Positions 1 to 9,327 of a stretch of 64,000 nucleotides of DNA are shown piece after piece. Location of the stretch: the NCBI GenBank assembly GCA_964356915.1, contig CAYHJF010000002.1:148522-212521 (forward strand), in the 5' to 3' direction. A model generated the notes under the pieces. That model was not told where the DNA came from and did not search any database. It saw only the letters and a program-made list of their open reading frames with translations. This DNA is from an uncultured Candidatus Saccharibacteria bacterium. Its GTDB lineage: Bacteria; Patescibacteriota; Minisyncoccia; Ryanbacterales; GWA2-47-10b. The translations under genes were made by a program, and so were the position numbers. Positions within the stretch are counted from its first letter, which is position 1, and every line of letters starts with the position of its first letter.

Positions 1-1166
1 CCTGCTGCACTAACTCGCCAGAATAAATACCCAACAAAAAGTGCGACTACTGGGGCGACCATCAAGCCATAGCGTACATTAAAAAGCGTCCACTCAAATG
101 TTGCTGGCGTAAGATGTGGGATAAAAATAACCGACTGCCCCAAGAAAAGTGTCGTTACGTTGAACACAAGCGGAGCGCTTAACACAAATAAAACAATCAA
201 TCGATGAGGAGTCTTGCGATCCTTCACATACAACCAGAAACCAACAATCGCGAGAGCAAATATCAAAACACCATTATTGCTCATTGCCGTCACAAAATAA
301 TACAAAAATGCAGAAATCGGGTTGTGATATGAAGGTAACTCACCTCTTGTCTTCCATGATTGTTGCTGGGACTTTGCGGAAAATTCGCTGTTTGTAAAAT
401 AAAGTGGATCACCAAGAATCAAAAAATCCCACATGAGCCAGAGAAAAATACCAAAAAACGCAAGCGAGGCGAAAAGAATAATTCTTCCCTGAGCCTTAGA
501 CCAATCTTTACGATTTGGTAAATAATAAAATCCTATGGCCGCTGCTTCAAACAGCACTAGAAACCATCCATCATATCGTGTAAGCACTGAAGCAAACCCA
601 AATAATGCAGCCATTAAAAGCGACGTAAGCTCTTCTTTTTGCTGTAAAAATTTTACAAAGAAATAAACCGAGAGGGTCTGAAACATAATCAAAAGCATCT
701 CTGTCATTGGCGTTGCCTGCATATACAGCGCATTTGGATTTGAGATAAAAACCAACGAAGCGATAAACCCAGCCCACTTATTTTCTGTAAATAGCATCGT
801 GAGTCGATATATAAAGACAGTAGAAACAACAAAAGCAAATCCCGATACTATAGATCCTGCAAGACCCGTTCGCCAGAGCCAATTAAAATATACAAAAGGT
901 GCCATCAAAAGATGTGGTAATGGAAGCCAAATACCTCCGAGCTGAGCAAATCCTGGAGTTAAACTATCAACTACGCGCTTTGCGATATTGAGGTGAGATT
1001 CTGCATCTCCATAGGCGACAATTACATCCTTTACGTAGGCCCATATAATCGCCGCAATGCTCATAACAATCGCGAAACGCTTCACAACACGCTCAAGATC
1101 AAGTGAACGACCCCAGGCAGTTATACGCTCAATGCGTTCTCGTTGAATTGTAATCACAAGATTCAT
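1..1166 (-). CDS. Partial GT-C-fold membrane glycosyltransferase-like protein; only the N-terminal ~388 aa are in the window, C-terminus lies past the window start
   Basis: Hand translation from ATG at 1164-1166 (minus) shows an uninterrupted frame to position 1. It is missing from the ORF track because no stop lies in the window. Many hydrophobic TM segments; acidic 'YGDAESH' motif in the first loop; same strand as the downstream glycosylation genes. The listed 571..777 ORF is an alternative frame inside it. Confidence 0.5.
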   Translation of the reverse strand, partial: MNLVITIQRERIERITAWGRSLDLERVVKRFAIVMSIAAIIWAYVKDVIVAYGDAESHLNIAKRVVDSLTPGFAQLGGIWLPLPHLLMAPFVYFNWLWRTGLAGSIVSGFAFVVSTVFIYRLTMLFTENKWAGFIASLVFISNPNALYMQATPMTEMLLIMFQTLSVYFFVKFLQQKEELTSLLMAALFGFASVLTRYDGWFLVLFEAAAIGFYYLPNRKDWSKAQGRIILFASLAFFGIFLWLMWDFLILGDPLYFTNSEFSAKSQQQSWKTRGELPSYHNPISAFLYYFVTAMSNNGVLIFALAIVGFWLYVKDRKTPHRLIVLFVLSAPLVFNVTTLFLGQSVIFIPHLTPATFEWTLFNVRYGLMVAPVVALFVGYLFWRVSAA

Positions 1167-2701
1167 AGTTTCTTTTCCTCAAATAACGGCAATATAAAAA
1201 GAACGACAGCAAAGACCATCGCTACAAGGGCCAGAATCATATAATAATACTGCTCCAAGGAAATGCCTTGATGAACAAAATAATGATTAAACAAAAAACT
1301 GCTACTTTCTTGTTTCTGAAAATATTCAAAAGCACGAGCAATACCATAGCGCGCACCTAATGGATCGGCCTCAATCTTGGGAGGCACCGCATTTGTCGTA
1401 AGCGCGCCCATGAGGCTTACCGCGGAAGAATATATTATAAACAAGAAAGCAGTCATGCGTCCCGTCCACTTCCACGATGCATGAGAAAGAAAATCAGCAA
1501 TAAAGAGACTTAATACGGCCATTGTTGGTATCAGATAACGCGGACCAAATGCCCAGCCCCCCCACGGATCACCCCAACTAGAATACAAAAAAACGTTGAT
1601 ACCGATGAGCGAGTACAAAATACCAAGCTCCAAGTTAACCCGTCCAGCACTCATGAATAACCCAAGAATGCCCAGCAAAAAAATAGGAGCGTACAAAAAT
1701 AGACCTCTATCACGCGAAAACATCAATACATTAAACCCGCGCGCGAGTTTTTCCTCTGCAAAAAACCGTACGATATTACTTTTACGTGTTGCCAGCTCTT
1801 TAAGTTTTTCTTTGCCCCCATCATCCTGAATAATGTTCTCTTCGATAATAGATTTGTATCCAACCAAGCTACCGCTTAATCTTTTCCAACTACCAAATTC
1901 TTGATGGTTATAATAACCATGTAACGCAATCAACATAATAAATATTACTGATGTAAGAAAAAAAGTTGGGCGCGCATTAATTTTCAATCCTTCATCATTC
2001 AATCTATATTTAACCGAAACAATAAAGAAATAAATAATAACGGGAAAGATTAAGAGTGCATTCGGATAGTCAATCGCAATACCGTACCCAAAACAGAACC
2101 AGACATAGACTCCCCAAAACCATGACCACCGACCGGCATCCTTGTATCGCCATACGGCATAAAAAGATGACAGAATAAAGAATGTAGTCACATGGTGTTG
2201 GTACAATGTAATAGCATAGCTCCATGAAGAAGCCGCAAACCCAAAAATTAATGCCGCGAGCAGCGCCAACGCAACAGACAAGTTAAGAATCTTACGCCCA
2301 ATTAGAAAAAGAAAAACTAAATTTAAAATCGCAAATAAAGAAATAACGGAGAAAGCACCGACTTGAGCAACCTGATAGCTCTTCCCAATCAAGTAGAATG
2401 GAAGCGCTAACAGTGAGATACCGGGCGCGAAATATACATAGAATCTACCTTCATAATATCCAACGTCTGGATAAGCCGCATCCGCAAGCTCTTTTGAAAG
2501 AGCAAAGGATTTATTCTCTGCTAATGACACGGTGAGCAGATAACGCCCACGCTCAGGCGAAAGCTCAAGAGGCTTTGTTGTCTGGTCAAGATTATTTTTT
2601 ACTTCACTCGATGCAAAATTGCCATATACGCCGCGCAAAGTAAGTCCGTAAAGCACGGCACCAAAGAAAATCAGAAATAATATCGCAAATACATTTTTCA
2701 T
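1163..2701 (-). CDS. GT-C-fold integral membrane glycosyltransferase (ArnT/PMT-like)
   Basis: 512 aa with more than 10 predicted TM helices, acidic/aromatic loop 'DVGYYEGRFY' near the N-terminus, and a C-terminal soluble domain. Its stop overlaps the start of the next gene. Confidence 0.5.
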   Translation of the reverse strand: MKNVFAILFLIFFGAVLYGLTLRGVYGNFASSEVKNNLDQTTKPLELSPERGRYLLTVSLAENKSFALSKELADAAYPDVGYYEGRFYVYFAPGISLLALPFYLIGKSYQVAQVGAFSVISLFAILNLVFLFLIGRKILNLSVALALLAALIFGFAASSWSYAITLYQHHVTTFFILSSFYAVWRYKDAGRWSWFWGVYVWFCFGYGIAIDYPNALLIFPVIIYFFIVSVKYRLNDEGLKINARPTFFLTSVIFIMLIALHGYYNHQEFGSWKRLSGSLVGYKSIIEENIIQDDGGKEKLKELATRKSNIVRFFAEEKLARGFNVLMFSRDRGLFLYAPIFLLGILGLFMSAGRVNLELGILYSLIGINVFLYSSWGDPWGGWAFGPRYLIPTMAVLSLFIADFLSHASWKWTGRMTAFLFIIYSSAVSLMGALTTNAVPPKIEADPLGARYGIARAFEYFQKQESSSFLFNHYFVHQGISLEQYYYMILALVAMVFAVVLFILPLFEEKKL

Positions 2702-3897
2702 ATAATCCCCCTCTTTGAAAGCACCTTATACAAACGATTTTTATTGTAGGCGCCATCAAAATACGTAACTCCATCTCGAATGCGCCGGAAAAAACTGATC
2801 TTTTCTGACTTTAAAAGTACGTCTCGCAAAACTTGCTGTAATTCCTCGTCTTGATTTTTGCGCTCCAGTTCGCAAAGGCTTGCCTCAAGGTGCACGCGCA
2901 CACCTGGAGAGCGTGCATCAATTTTACAAACTGCGCGCAAATCTAATGGTCGTGTAAAGGCTCCTGATTTATCTAAAACATTGGCAACTCGCAATTCAAT
3001 CATCGTACGTAAACATTTTTCACATGCACCACAATTATATTTACCGGCTACATTCTTATAGCATACCCTTAAATGCTCTAAAGCGTTATCGGAATTAGCA
3101 ATATATCGAGAAACCTTCTGAACACGGTTCGCTTCATTGCCATCATGAATAATTTTTGTAGCCTCTGTAGACCACAAAGGATCTAGCGCTGGGTGCGAAC
3201 CCCAAGGGAAAAGCTGCTCATAAGAATCAGTTGATGGTATATAAACCCTCTTTAACCCCGCTCTCAACATCAGTGCAACACCGCAGAGAGCTCCGCCATG
3301 TCCCCAATCCCAACTAATCATTTCATCCAAAATCTCTCGAATATTAGTACGCAAAAATATAACCTCTACATCCTCTGCCTCCGCAATTTTTCGAATACGT
3401 GCGGAAGTTTCCTCAAAAAGAGCTTTATTTAATAGATCAATATCAAAACCGTGCACAAAAATTAAATGAGTTATTTTTTCACCACCCTCTTTCTTATTTT
3501 TTAAAAAAGTATAAAAAGAATCCACCCCACCTGAGAAAAATGCACCTATGCACGTTGGCGAATAAGCACTGTCGTTGAAACTTCCTCTTGTATAGATCCG
3601 ACTATTAGAGTCGCGCCTGAATCCCCAAGAATTGTAAACTTCCTCGATCGATCTTAGGTTCTGATAATTTCTAGCATTAACTTGACCATCAATAATTAAG
3701 TCAAATCCTTTATTAGCAAACGCTGGGAAAAAACAAGCAAGAAAAATACTGGCATCAGATGCAAGGAAGGATTCGTATTTTTCATCAACTTCAAAATAGA
3801 GCTCTTTTTTCTTCCCAAAACCAAGTAGATCCGCTGAAAGCGCTACTGTCCCGTGTTTATTTGTTGTAATAATATTTTGTATTGTTATTGAATTCAT
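2698..3897 (-). CDS. PP-loop ATP pyrophosphatase superfamily protein, possibly an N-acetyl-sugar amidotransferase-like enzyme
   Basis: SGGVDS PP-loop motif ('FFSGGVDSFYTF'), C-terminal CGACEKC cysteine cluster, embedded in a glycosyltransferase operon. Confidence 0.55.
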   Translation of the reverse strand: MNSITIQNIITTNKHGTVALSADLLGFGKKKELYFEVDEKYESFLASDASIFLACFFPAFANKGFDLIIDGQVNARNYQNLRSIEEVYNSWGFRRDSNSRIYTRGSFNDSAYSPTCIGAFFSGGVDSFYTFLKNKKEGGEKITHLIFVHGFDIDLLNKALFEETSARIRKIAEAEDVEVIFLRTNIREILDEMISWDWGHGGALCGVALMLRAGLKRVYIPSTDSYEQLFPWGSHPALDPLWSTEATKIIHDGNEANRVQKVSRYIANSDNALEHLRVCYKNVAGKYNCGACEKCLRTMIELRVANVLDKSGAFTRPLDLRAVCKIDARSPGVRVHLEASLCELERKNQDEELQQVLRDVLLKSEKISFFRRIRDGVTYFDGAYNKNRLYKVLSKRGII

Positions 3898-5114
3898 ATG
3901 TTAGAAAATACTTTTTCCCAACGATTACGTTCGGCGATCTGGATTTCTGCCACCCTTTTATTTAGCGACTCCGATAGCATTGCCCGCGCTTCGTATGCTT
4001 TCTGTAGCAAATTATACAAAGCATCAACGGTTACCGCTTCACACGAAATAACATAGTCTTGCATCCCCAAATCCTCCCCGATACCTTCTGTTTTATATTC
4101 ATAGCTAATAGCAACAAATGGTATGCCCTGCGTTGCGGCAATAATATTCGAATGCATCCGCATCCCAAGCAATAATTCTAAACGACCGTAAGTATCTATG
4201 GCATCATCGACATCTTTCACAAAATGAACTGGCAATAAATTCACACCTAACTTTTCCAACTTACCCATAACACGTCTCACTACCCGTTCGTCGTCCTCTT
4301 CAATAAGTGTTGTGCTTACTTGCACAATAGGCTGGACATGCATGCCCCTCACCTTACAGAAAGTAGCCAAAGCTCTAACCACCTCCTCTTCAAAAAAAGA
4401 CTGTCGCTGCTTAGGCAACCAATTTCTCAATGTTAAACCAAGAACAAGATTTTCCCTTTTTGTAAGTAGTCGCTTCGACCCTAAGAGCGCGGAATCAAAA
4501 CCACGCCTTATATTAGAAAGTCTGTAACTTTCGAGCTTATGGTAAGAATAACCCTCACGCAAAATAACAAGGTTTAAATAAGACAAGGCTATAGCTGAAA
4601 TACGCTCTTGCCATTTATAATAAAATGGACCAAAGCTTATTGGCATTACAATAACTTTTTTACAAAGCAACCTAGCAGTGTAGATCATCAAAAGTTGCAT
4701 CATTAGATTTAGAGTCTGCTTGACCCCACTTTTTGACCGTAAATAACCTCCTCCGGGGAAAACTATTAGATCTGCCTGGGCATAATCATCAAGTAAATCT
4801 GCTAAATATGACTTCTTTGGTAAGCTAAAACTAAGTTGATAAAAAAATAGACGAACTAAAAATTCAAAGAACCTTAAAAAACGAACTCCTGCTTTAGGAT
4901 TATCAAAAACAACCCAAGAATATATTGTATGTTTAAGTGAACTAGCAAAAGAACTATCAGTATATAAATTTGGATCACTACTATGAACTACTGGCCGTAC
5001 GGATGGAAAAATATTTCTCAGCAGCTCTATTTCACTCAACAAAATAGCCTGATCTCCAGGATTTCTTGGACCAGTTGCGTGAGGAATCAAAATTTTTTTT
5101 ATTTCGTAGCTCAT
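3894..5114 (-). CDS. Polysaccharide pyruvyl transferase family protein (CsaB/WcaK-like)
   Basis: N-terminal 'GPRNPGDQAIL' (GxxNxGD) and C-terminal 'MRMHSNIIAATQGIPFVAISYEYK' motifs typical of the PS_pyruv_trans family. Confidence 0.7.
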   Translation of the reverse strand: MSYEIKKILIPHATGPRNPGDQAILLSEIELLRNIFPSVRPVVHSSDPNLYTDSSFASSLKHTIYSWVVFDNPKAGVRFLRFFEFLVRLFFYQLSFSLPKKSYLADLLDDYAQADLIVFPGGGYLRSKSGVKQTLNLMMQLLMIYTARLLCKKVIVMPISFGPFYYKWQERISAIALSYLNLVILREGYSYHKLESYRLSNIRRGFDSALLGSKRLLTKRENLVLGLTLRNWLPKQRQSFFEEEVVRALATFCKVRGMHVQPIVQVSTTLIEEDDERVVRRVMGKLEKLGVNLLPVHFVKDVDDAIDTYGRLELLLGMRMHSNIIAATQGIPFVAISYEYKTEGIGEDLGMQDYVISCEAVTVDALYNLLQKAYEARAMLSESLNKRVAEIQIAERNRWEKVFSNI

Positions 5115-6022
5115 CTTAATTCCTTCGATGACCTAGCAATATCCCATTTACTCCGCGTTGACTGCACATTAACAGGCAACAAGCGAGTTAATAACATTGC
5201 AAAACAATAATACAAAAAATAAATAGGGTGAGACACGAAGGTGCTTATAGTAAACTTTAATTTCAGTACAAGAGGAACCCTAAACTGCTCATCAATAAAT
5301 GCCTCTGAAAAATATTGAGAAAAAACTATTTTTGAATGCACAAAACGCTGGCTTTGTTTTAAATAGTCAAAGAAATTATCAGGAGATCGAAACATTACAA
5401 CAGCACTCTTCTGATAAGAAAAAGAATATTCTTGAGAGCGGCAACGCAAATAAGAGTAAACATCTTCTCCAACAACATCAACTGGCCACTTTAGCGTACT
5501 GGTAAATTCTTTTGAAAAGGCGCGAGCCGCTCCGCGACATAAATACAAATTATCTCTATTATTCATATTCAAAAATATATTCTCACGGAAATAAAAACCA
5601 AACGACATAACACGCTCAAAAAAAGTACCTCCCATCTGCGGCGACAAAGCAGCGCCTACAATACCTATATTCTCATTAGTATAAAATGGTTTTACTATTT
5701 CTCGTAAAAAATATTCGTTTGTTGGCAAAACGTCTGCATTCAACAAAACCAGAATATCGCCTTGAAAAAGTTTGAGAATATCATTTTGCCGCTCAGCCTG
5801 GCCTTTTCGATCTTTATTATCAACAACAAAAATTTTATCTGATGTTATAGACCGAGCCTCCACAACAGTCTTATCACTACTCCCATCTGAAATTACGATA
5901 ACTTCTTTCAGAACAAATCCTTCCTCTTTCTGACCTAAAAGAGCCGACAAGAGACGCTTGATGTTTGCCTCTTCATTGTAGGCGGGAATACCAATTGAAA
6001 GTGTAAAAAGATTCTTATTCAT
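5111..6022 (-). CDS. Family 2 glycosyltransferase (GT-A fold)
   Basis: 'SIGIPAYNEE' N-terminal motif and 'VISDGSSD' DXD-like region. Confidence 0.8.
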   Translation of the reverse strand: MNKNLFTLSIGIPAYNEEANIKRLLSALLGQKEEGFVLKEVIVISDGSSDKTVVEARSITSDKIFVVDNKDRKGQAERQNDILKLFQGDILVLLNADVLPTNEYFLREIVKPFYTNENIGIVGAALSPQMGGTFFERVMSFGFYFRENIFLNMNNRDNLYLCRGAARAFSKEFTSTLKWPVDVVGEDVYSYLRCRSQEYSFSYQKSAVVMFRSPDNFFDYLKQSQRFVHSKIVFSQYFSEAFIDEQFRVPLVLKLKFTISTFVSHPIYFLYYCFAMLLTRLLPVNVQSTRSKWDIARSSKELR

Positions 6023-6926
6023 ACGCTCTCCCTAAATTCTTTGTGGACAACGACACCCTCCAAAGCGGGTTTGCGGAGCCCCATAAAAAAGCGTGAAATC
6101 GTGCCCCAATATGCATTGCGCTATACGCGCCTACAAGTGTTGGAGATTCCCAGCCCGCCCGTACTAGAGCAATGAAATATTTTCTATGTGGAAAGTACTT
6201 ATGTCTTGCGATAACATCCGCAGATACATACTTTTGAAGTTGTTTATGGCTTGCAGCAAAACGTGCATACTTGTGAAAATAATCAAATACTGTCCCCGCG
6301 GAACGATAATATGTCACCGCGTCACCTTCAAACATCGTACGAAATCCAAGCTCTTTTGCTTTTAAAAATGTAAGTGCATCTTCAGGAGCATCAGGCATAA
6401 AACGCATCCTCTTTGCAAAAGACCGCGACAACGCTTTCCCAGAATGACAGAGAAAAAAATCACTCTCTACATTTTCCATGCATATGCGTTTCTTAACGCG
6501 ATCGGCGAGAGTCAGAGATCTTTCAATAAACCCTCCTCCTGACTGCGCCACGGAAAGCCCGAATACAAGATCTGCCGTACAGCTCCAAATCGGGTACGTA
6601 AGCAATGCAAGATAATCAACAGTCTCAAGCCTTGTGTCTGCTTCAAGAAATATAAGTGCATCGCTTTCAAATATTCCAAGAATTTCATTTTGACACTGCG
6701 CCTGACCAACACGTACATCTCTTTCGATCAAACGAACACGTACATCTGGCACCCCTCGAACAATATCTGCCGTTTCATCAGTACTTCCATCTGAAACAAC
6801 GATAATCTCTTTGATCATAAAATGTGGCGTTCGCTGAGTGCGCACCTCCTCAATAAGACGGGCGATATTCCCTTCTTCATTGTAAGCTGAAATGCCAATT
6901 GAAACGGTCAGCAGATTATTTTCCAT
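6015..6926 (-). CDS. Family 2 glycosyltransferase, tandem paralogue of 5111..6022
   Basis: 'SIGISAYNEEGNI...VVSDGSTDET', colinear with the neighbouring GT2. Start trimmed to the internal Met (MENNLL) so that it does not run deep into the upstream gene. Confidence 0.7.
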   Translation of the reverse strand: MENNLLTVSIGISAYNEEGNIARLIEEVRTQRTPHFMIKEIIVVSDGSTDETADIVRGVPDVRVRLIERDVRVGQAQCQNEILGIFESDALIFLEADTRLETVDYLALLTYPIWSCTADLVFGLSVAQSGGGFIERSLTLADRVKKRICMENVESDFFLCHSGKALSRSFAKRMRFMPDAPEDALTFLKAKELGFRTMFEGDAVTYYRSAGTVFDYFHKYARFAASHKQLQKYVSADVIARHKYFPHRKYFIALVRAGWESPTLVGAYSAMHIGARFHAFLWGSANPLWRVSLSTKNLGRAYE

Positions 6927-9327
6927 ACAAAATCTCCAGACACTCGGCTGATTTTTCATCCCACCCAAAATGACTTGCCCATAATACTGCTTCTCGTTCC
7001 ATGCCAGTACGGACTTCGCGACCATGGATAAGTTCGGAAATTTTTTCTGCAAACGCCTTGGCATCACCGTGCGGAACCAAATAACCAGTATGCGGGTTCC
7101 GTACTGAATCACGTAAACCCGGAACATCTGCGGCAACGACCGCTACTCCACATGCATTTGCTTCTATTGTTGTAATACCCCACCCCTCCATAAATGAGGG
7201 ATTTACAAAAACCCATGCGCGCTGTAACAAGCGCGTCTTTTCAGAGTCAGAAATACCTCCAGCGAATCGTACACTCTGACTAATTCCAAGTGTGCGCGTT
7301 AAATCTTTCAGTACCATCTCCTCCTCTCCTCGACCTGCAATCACCAATTCGGCTTCAGGAAATTTATGGACTACATACTTAAACGCGCGAAGAAGTACAT
7401 CGACAGATTTATATTTCTTGAGCCGGCCAACGTACACGACTAAGGGATGATCGCTCTTCTCACCCGGCCTCAACCGCGCGAGATCAACTCCAGGATGTAC
7501 CACTGAAATACGCGCCCCTCGAATACCCAGAAATCGCTCCATTCCTTTCTTTGTAGACTCAGAAATAGTGATAAATTCAACTCCTCGATATGCCCACGGC
7601 ATTACGGTGTTTTCAAGAAAGGCCGCAAAAAGCGCAAGAACTCTTGGTAACGAATGATAAAAAACATCTTGATGAACATGGAATAAAAGCGAATAAACTT
7701 TTTCCTTTGCGTATAGCGGAGCAAAAAATGGCACGCCGTTCTGACAGTCAACAATAATATCAAATTGCCCTCGAAAACGAAGTAGATAATAGAAAAATGC
7801 CCACACATACACAAAGTAAAACCCACCGCGCCGAATAATTCTTACCCCATCTATTTCTTCTTCGCGCTTTGATTTACCATCATTACCACAAAAAATTGTA
7901 ACGCTATTACCTGTAGCAACCCAACGCTTCGCAAATTCATGAATATGAATTTCAGCGCCTCCTGCAAATGCATGTTTGGTATCACGCCAATTAAAAATCA
8001 AAATACGCTTACCTGACTCTAGCGCCGGACGCTCACTCCGAAATGGTCGCGCGATATCAACAAGATCAATCAGCGCCCGTAAAATAAACTTTCCATTACG
8101 GAGTAATATGTGTAGCACCGTCATTACACCAAGCGTCAACACGCTTGAAAAAAGCATAACGTTTGAAATTGCAACGATAGAACTGTGCGATCGCATGATC
8201 CCAAGCGCCATCACGCACGCCATAACAAGCATTGTAAATGGAAACAGATAATGTTTGCGTGCAAGATGATACGCATTAAAGGCGCTGGCAAGCGTAAGAC
8301 ATGTGATCGCAAGCGCATACGTAGGCAAATACGGTAAAATGCCAAGCGCTCGCTCGCCGAGCAGTATGGGCACAATTTTACTGCCAAAAATACCAAGGGC
8401 GCTATACGCTCCAAACGTTAATACGCATGCCCCGGCAAAAATACGATAAAAGATTTTATTTGGATTCTTATGTGCGCCCTCAGCATTTGCAATAAACGTA
8501 ATCATGAATCCATTGAGCAACGAACCAAAAAAATAAATCATTTTCCCAACAAGAGACAATAAAGCATACTGACCCGCGAGTTCTGGATTGAGATAATGTT
8601 TGGCAAGCACTAAATCAAATGTTAAATATGCAATACCAGAAAATCCTGAAATAAACGAAGCTATGTAGAAAGTTTTTGGAAATACGAGTGGCTTTTCAAT
8701 ATCCTCGTCTTCTAACCGACGAGCCGCGCGCGATGCAAACCATTGCGCAACAAAAAGCCCCGCGATAAGTGAAGTAGGAAAAGACAATACAACCCACTCT
8801 CTCAATCCTCTCTCGACTAATATATATACAACGCCCAGTTTAACGATCGCTTCGACAAAAATCGCAAACCCAACTGCGGCAAAAAAGAACTGCCCTTGCA
8901 AGAACCCCTTACTCGCTGATGTGATAATAATAACCGGTAACACAAGCGCGAAAAGGCCAAGCACCCATGTATGCTCAATATGAAAAAACGCTCCTAACGC
9001 AGGAACAACGGCAAACCAAACAAGCGCCACCCCAAGCGATACAAAAAATGCTCTTCGCTGAATACGGCGAAAAAAAACAACGCTTGCCGATGCATGCCCC
9101 TCTCCAACTTCATATGAGGTTACATAATTAACAGTCGCCCCAAGCGCACCCGCCGCAATACCAATGAGCAATAATAATGTTCCAAAGAGCGTCAGTACAC
9201 CAAACTCTTCTGGAGCAAGTCTCCTACCGAGATATGCGTTAAAAACAAAATTCAAAAAATTTGCACCCATAAGTGCGCCCGTAAGAAATGCTCCTCCAGA
9301 AATTAGGCGCACAAATTGCTTTTTCAT
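6916..9327 (-). CDS. Fusion protein: N-terminal Wzx-like polysaccharide flippase (MOP superfamily, ~430 aa, multi-TM) joined to a C-terminal GT4 glycosyltransferase
   Basis: The N-terminus resembles polysaccharide-biosynthesis/flippase proteins with ~12 TM helices. The C-terminus carries the GT4 EX7E region 'PSFMEGWGITTIEANACGVAVVAADVPG'. The two halves form a single 803-aa ORF. Confidence 0.7.
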   Translation of the reverse strand: MKKQFVRLISGGAFLTGALMGANFLNFVFNAYLGRRLAPEEFGVLTLFGTLLLLIGIAAGALGATVNYVTSYEVGEGHASASVVFFRRIQRRAFFVSLGVALVWFAVVPALGAFFHIEHTWVLGLFALVLPVIIITSASKGFLQGQFFFAAVGFAIFVEAIVKLGVVYILVERGLREWVVLSFPTSLIAGLFVAQWFASRAARRLEDEDIEKPLVFPKTFYIASFISGFSGIAYLTFDLVLAKHYLNPELAGQYALLSLVGKMIYFFGSLLNGFMITFIANAEGAHKNPNKIFYRIFAGACVLTFGAYSALGIFGSKIVPILLGERALGILPYLPTYALAITCLTLASAFNAYHLARKHYLFPFTMLVMACVMALGIMRSHSSIVAISNVMLFSSVLTLGVMTVLHILLRNGKFILRALIDLVDIARPFRSERPALESGKRILIFNWRDTKHAFAGGAEIHIHEFAKRWVATGNSVTIFCGNDGKSKREEEIDGVRIIRRGGFYFVYVWAFFYYLLRFRGQFDIIVDCQNGVPFFAPLYAKEKVYSLLFHVHQDVFYHSLPRVLALFAAFLENTVMPWAYRGVEFITISESTKKGMERFLGIRGARISVVHPGVDLARLRPGEKSDHPLVVYVGRLKKYKSVDVLLRAFKYVVHKFPEAELVIAGRGEEEMVLKDLTRTLGISQSVRFAGGISDSEKTRLLQRAWVFVNPSFMEGWGITTIEANACGVAVVAADVPGLRDSVRNPHTGYLVPHGDAKAFAEKISELIHGREVRTGMEREAVLWASHFGWDEKSAECLEILYGK

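Noticed and set aside
571-777. 68-aa minus-strand ORF
   Set aside because: Lies in an alternative frame inside the edge-truncated GT-C membrane protein gene, which occupies 1..1166 in another frame.
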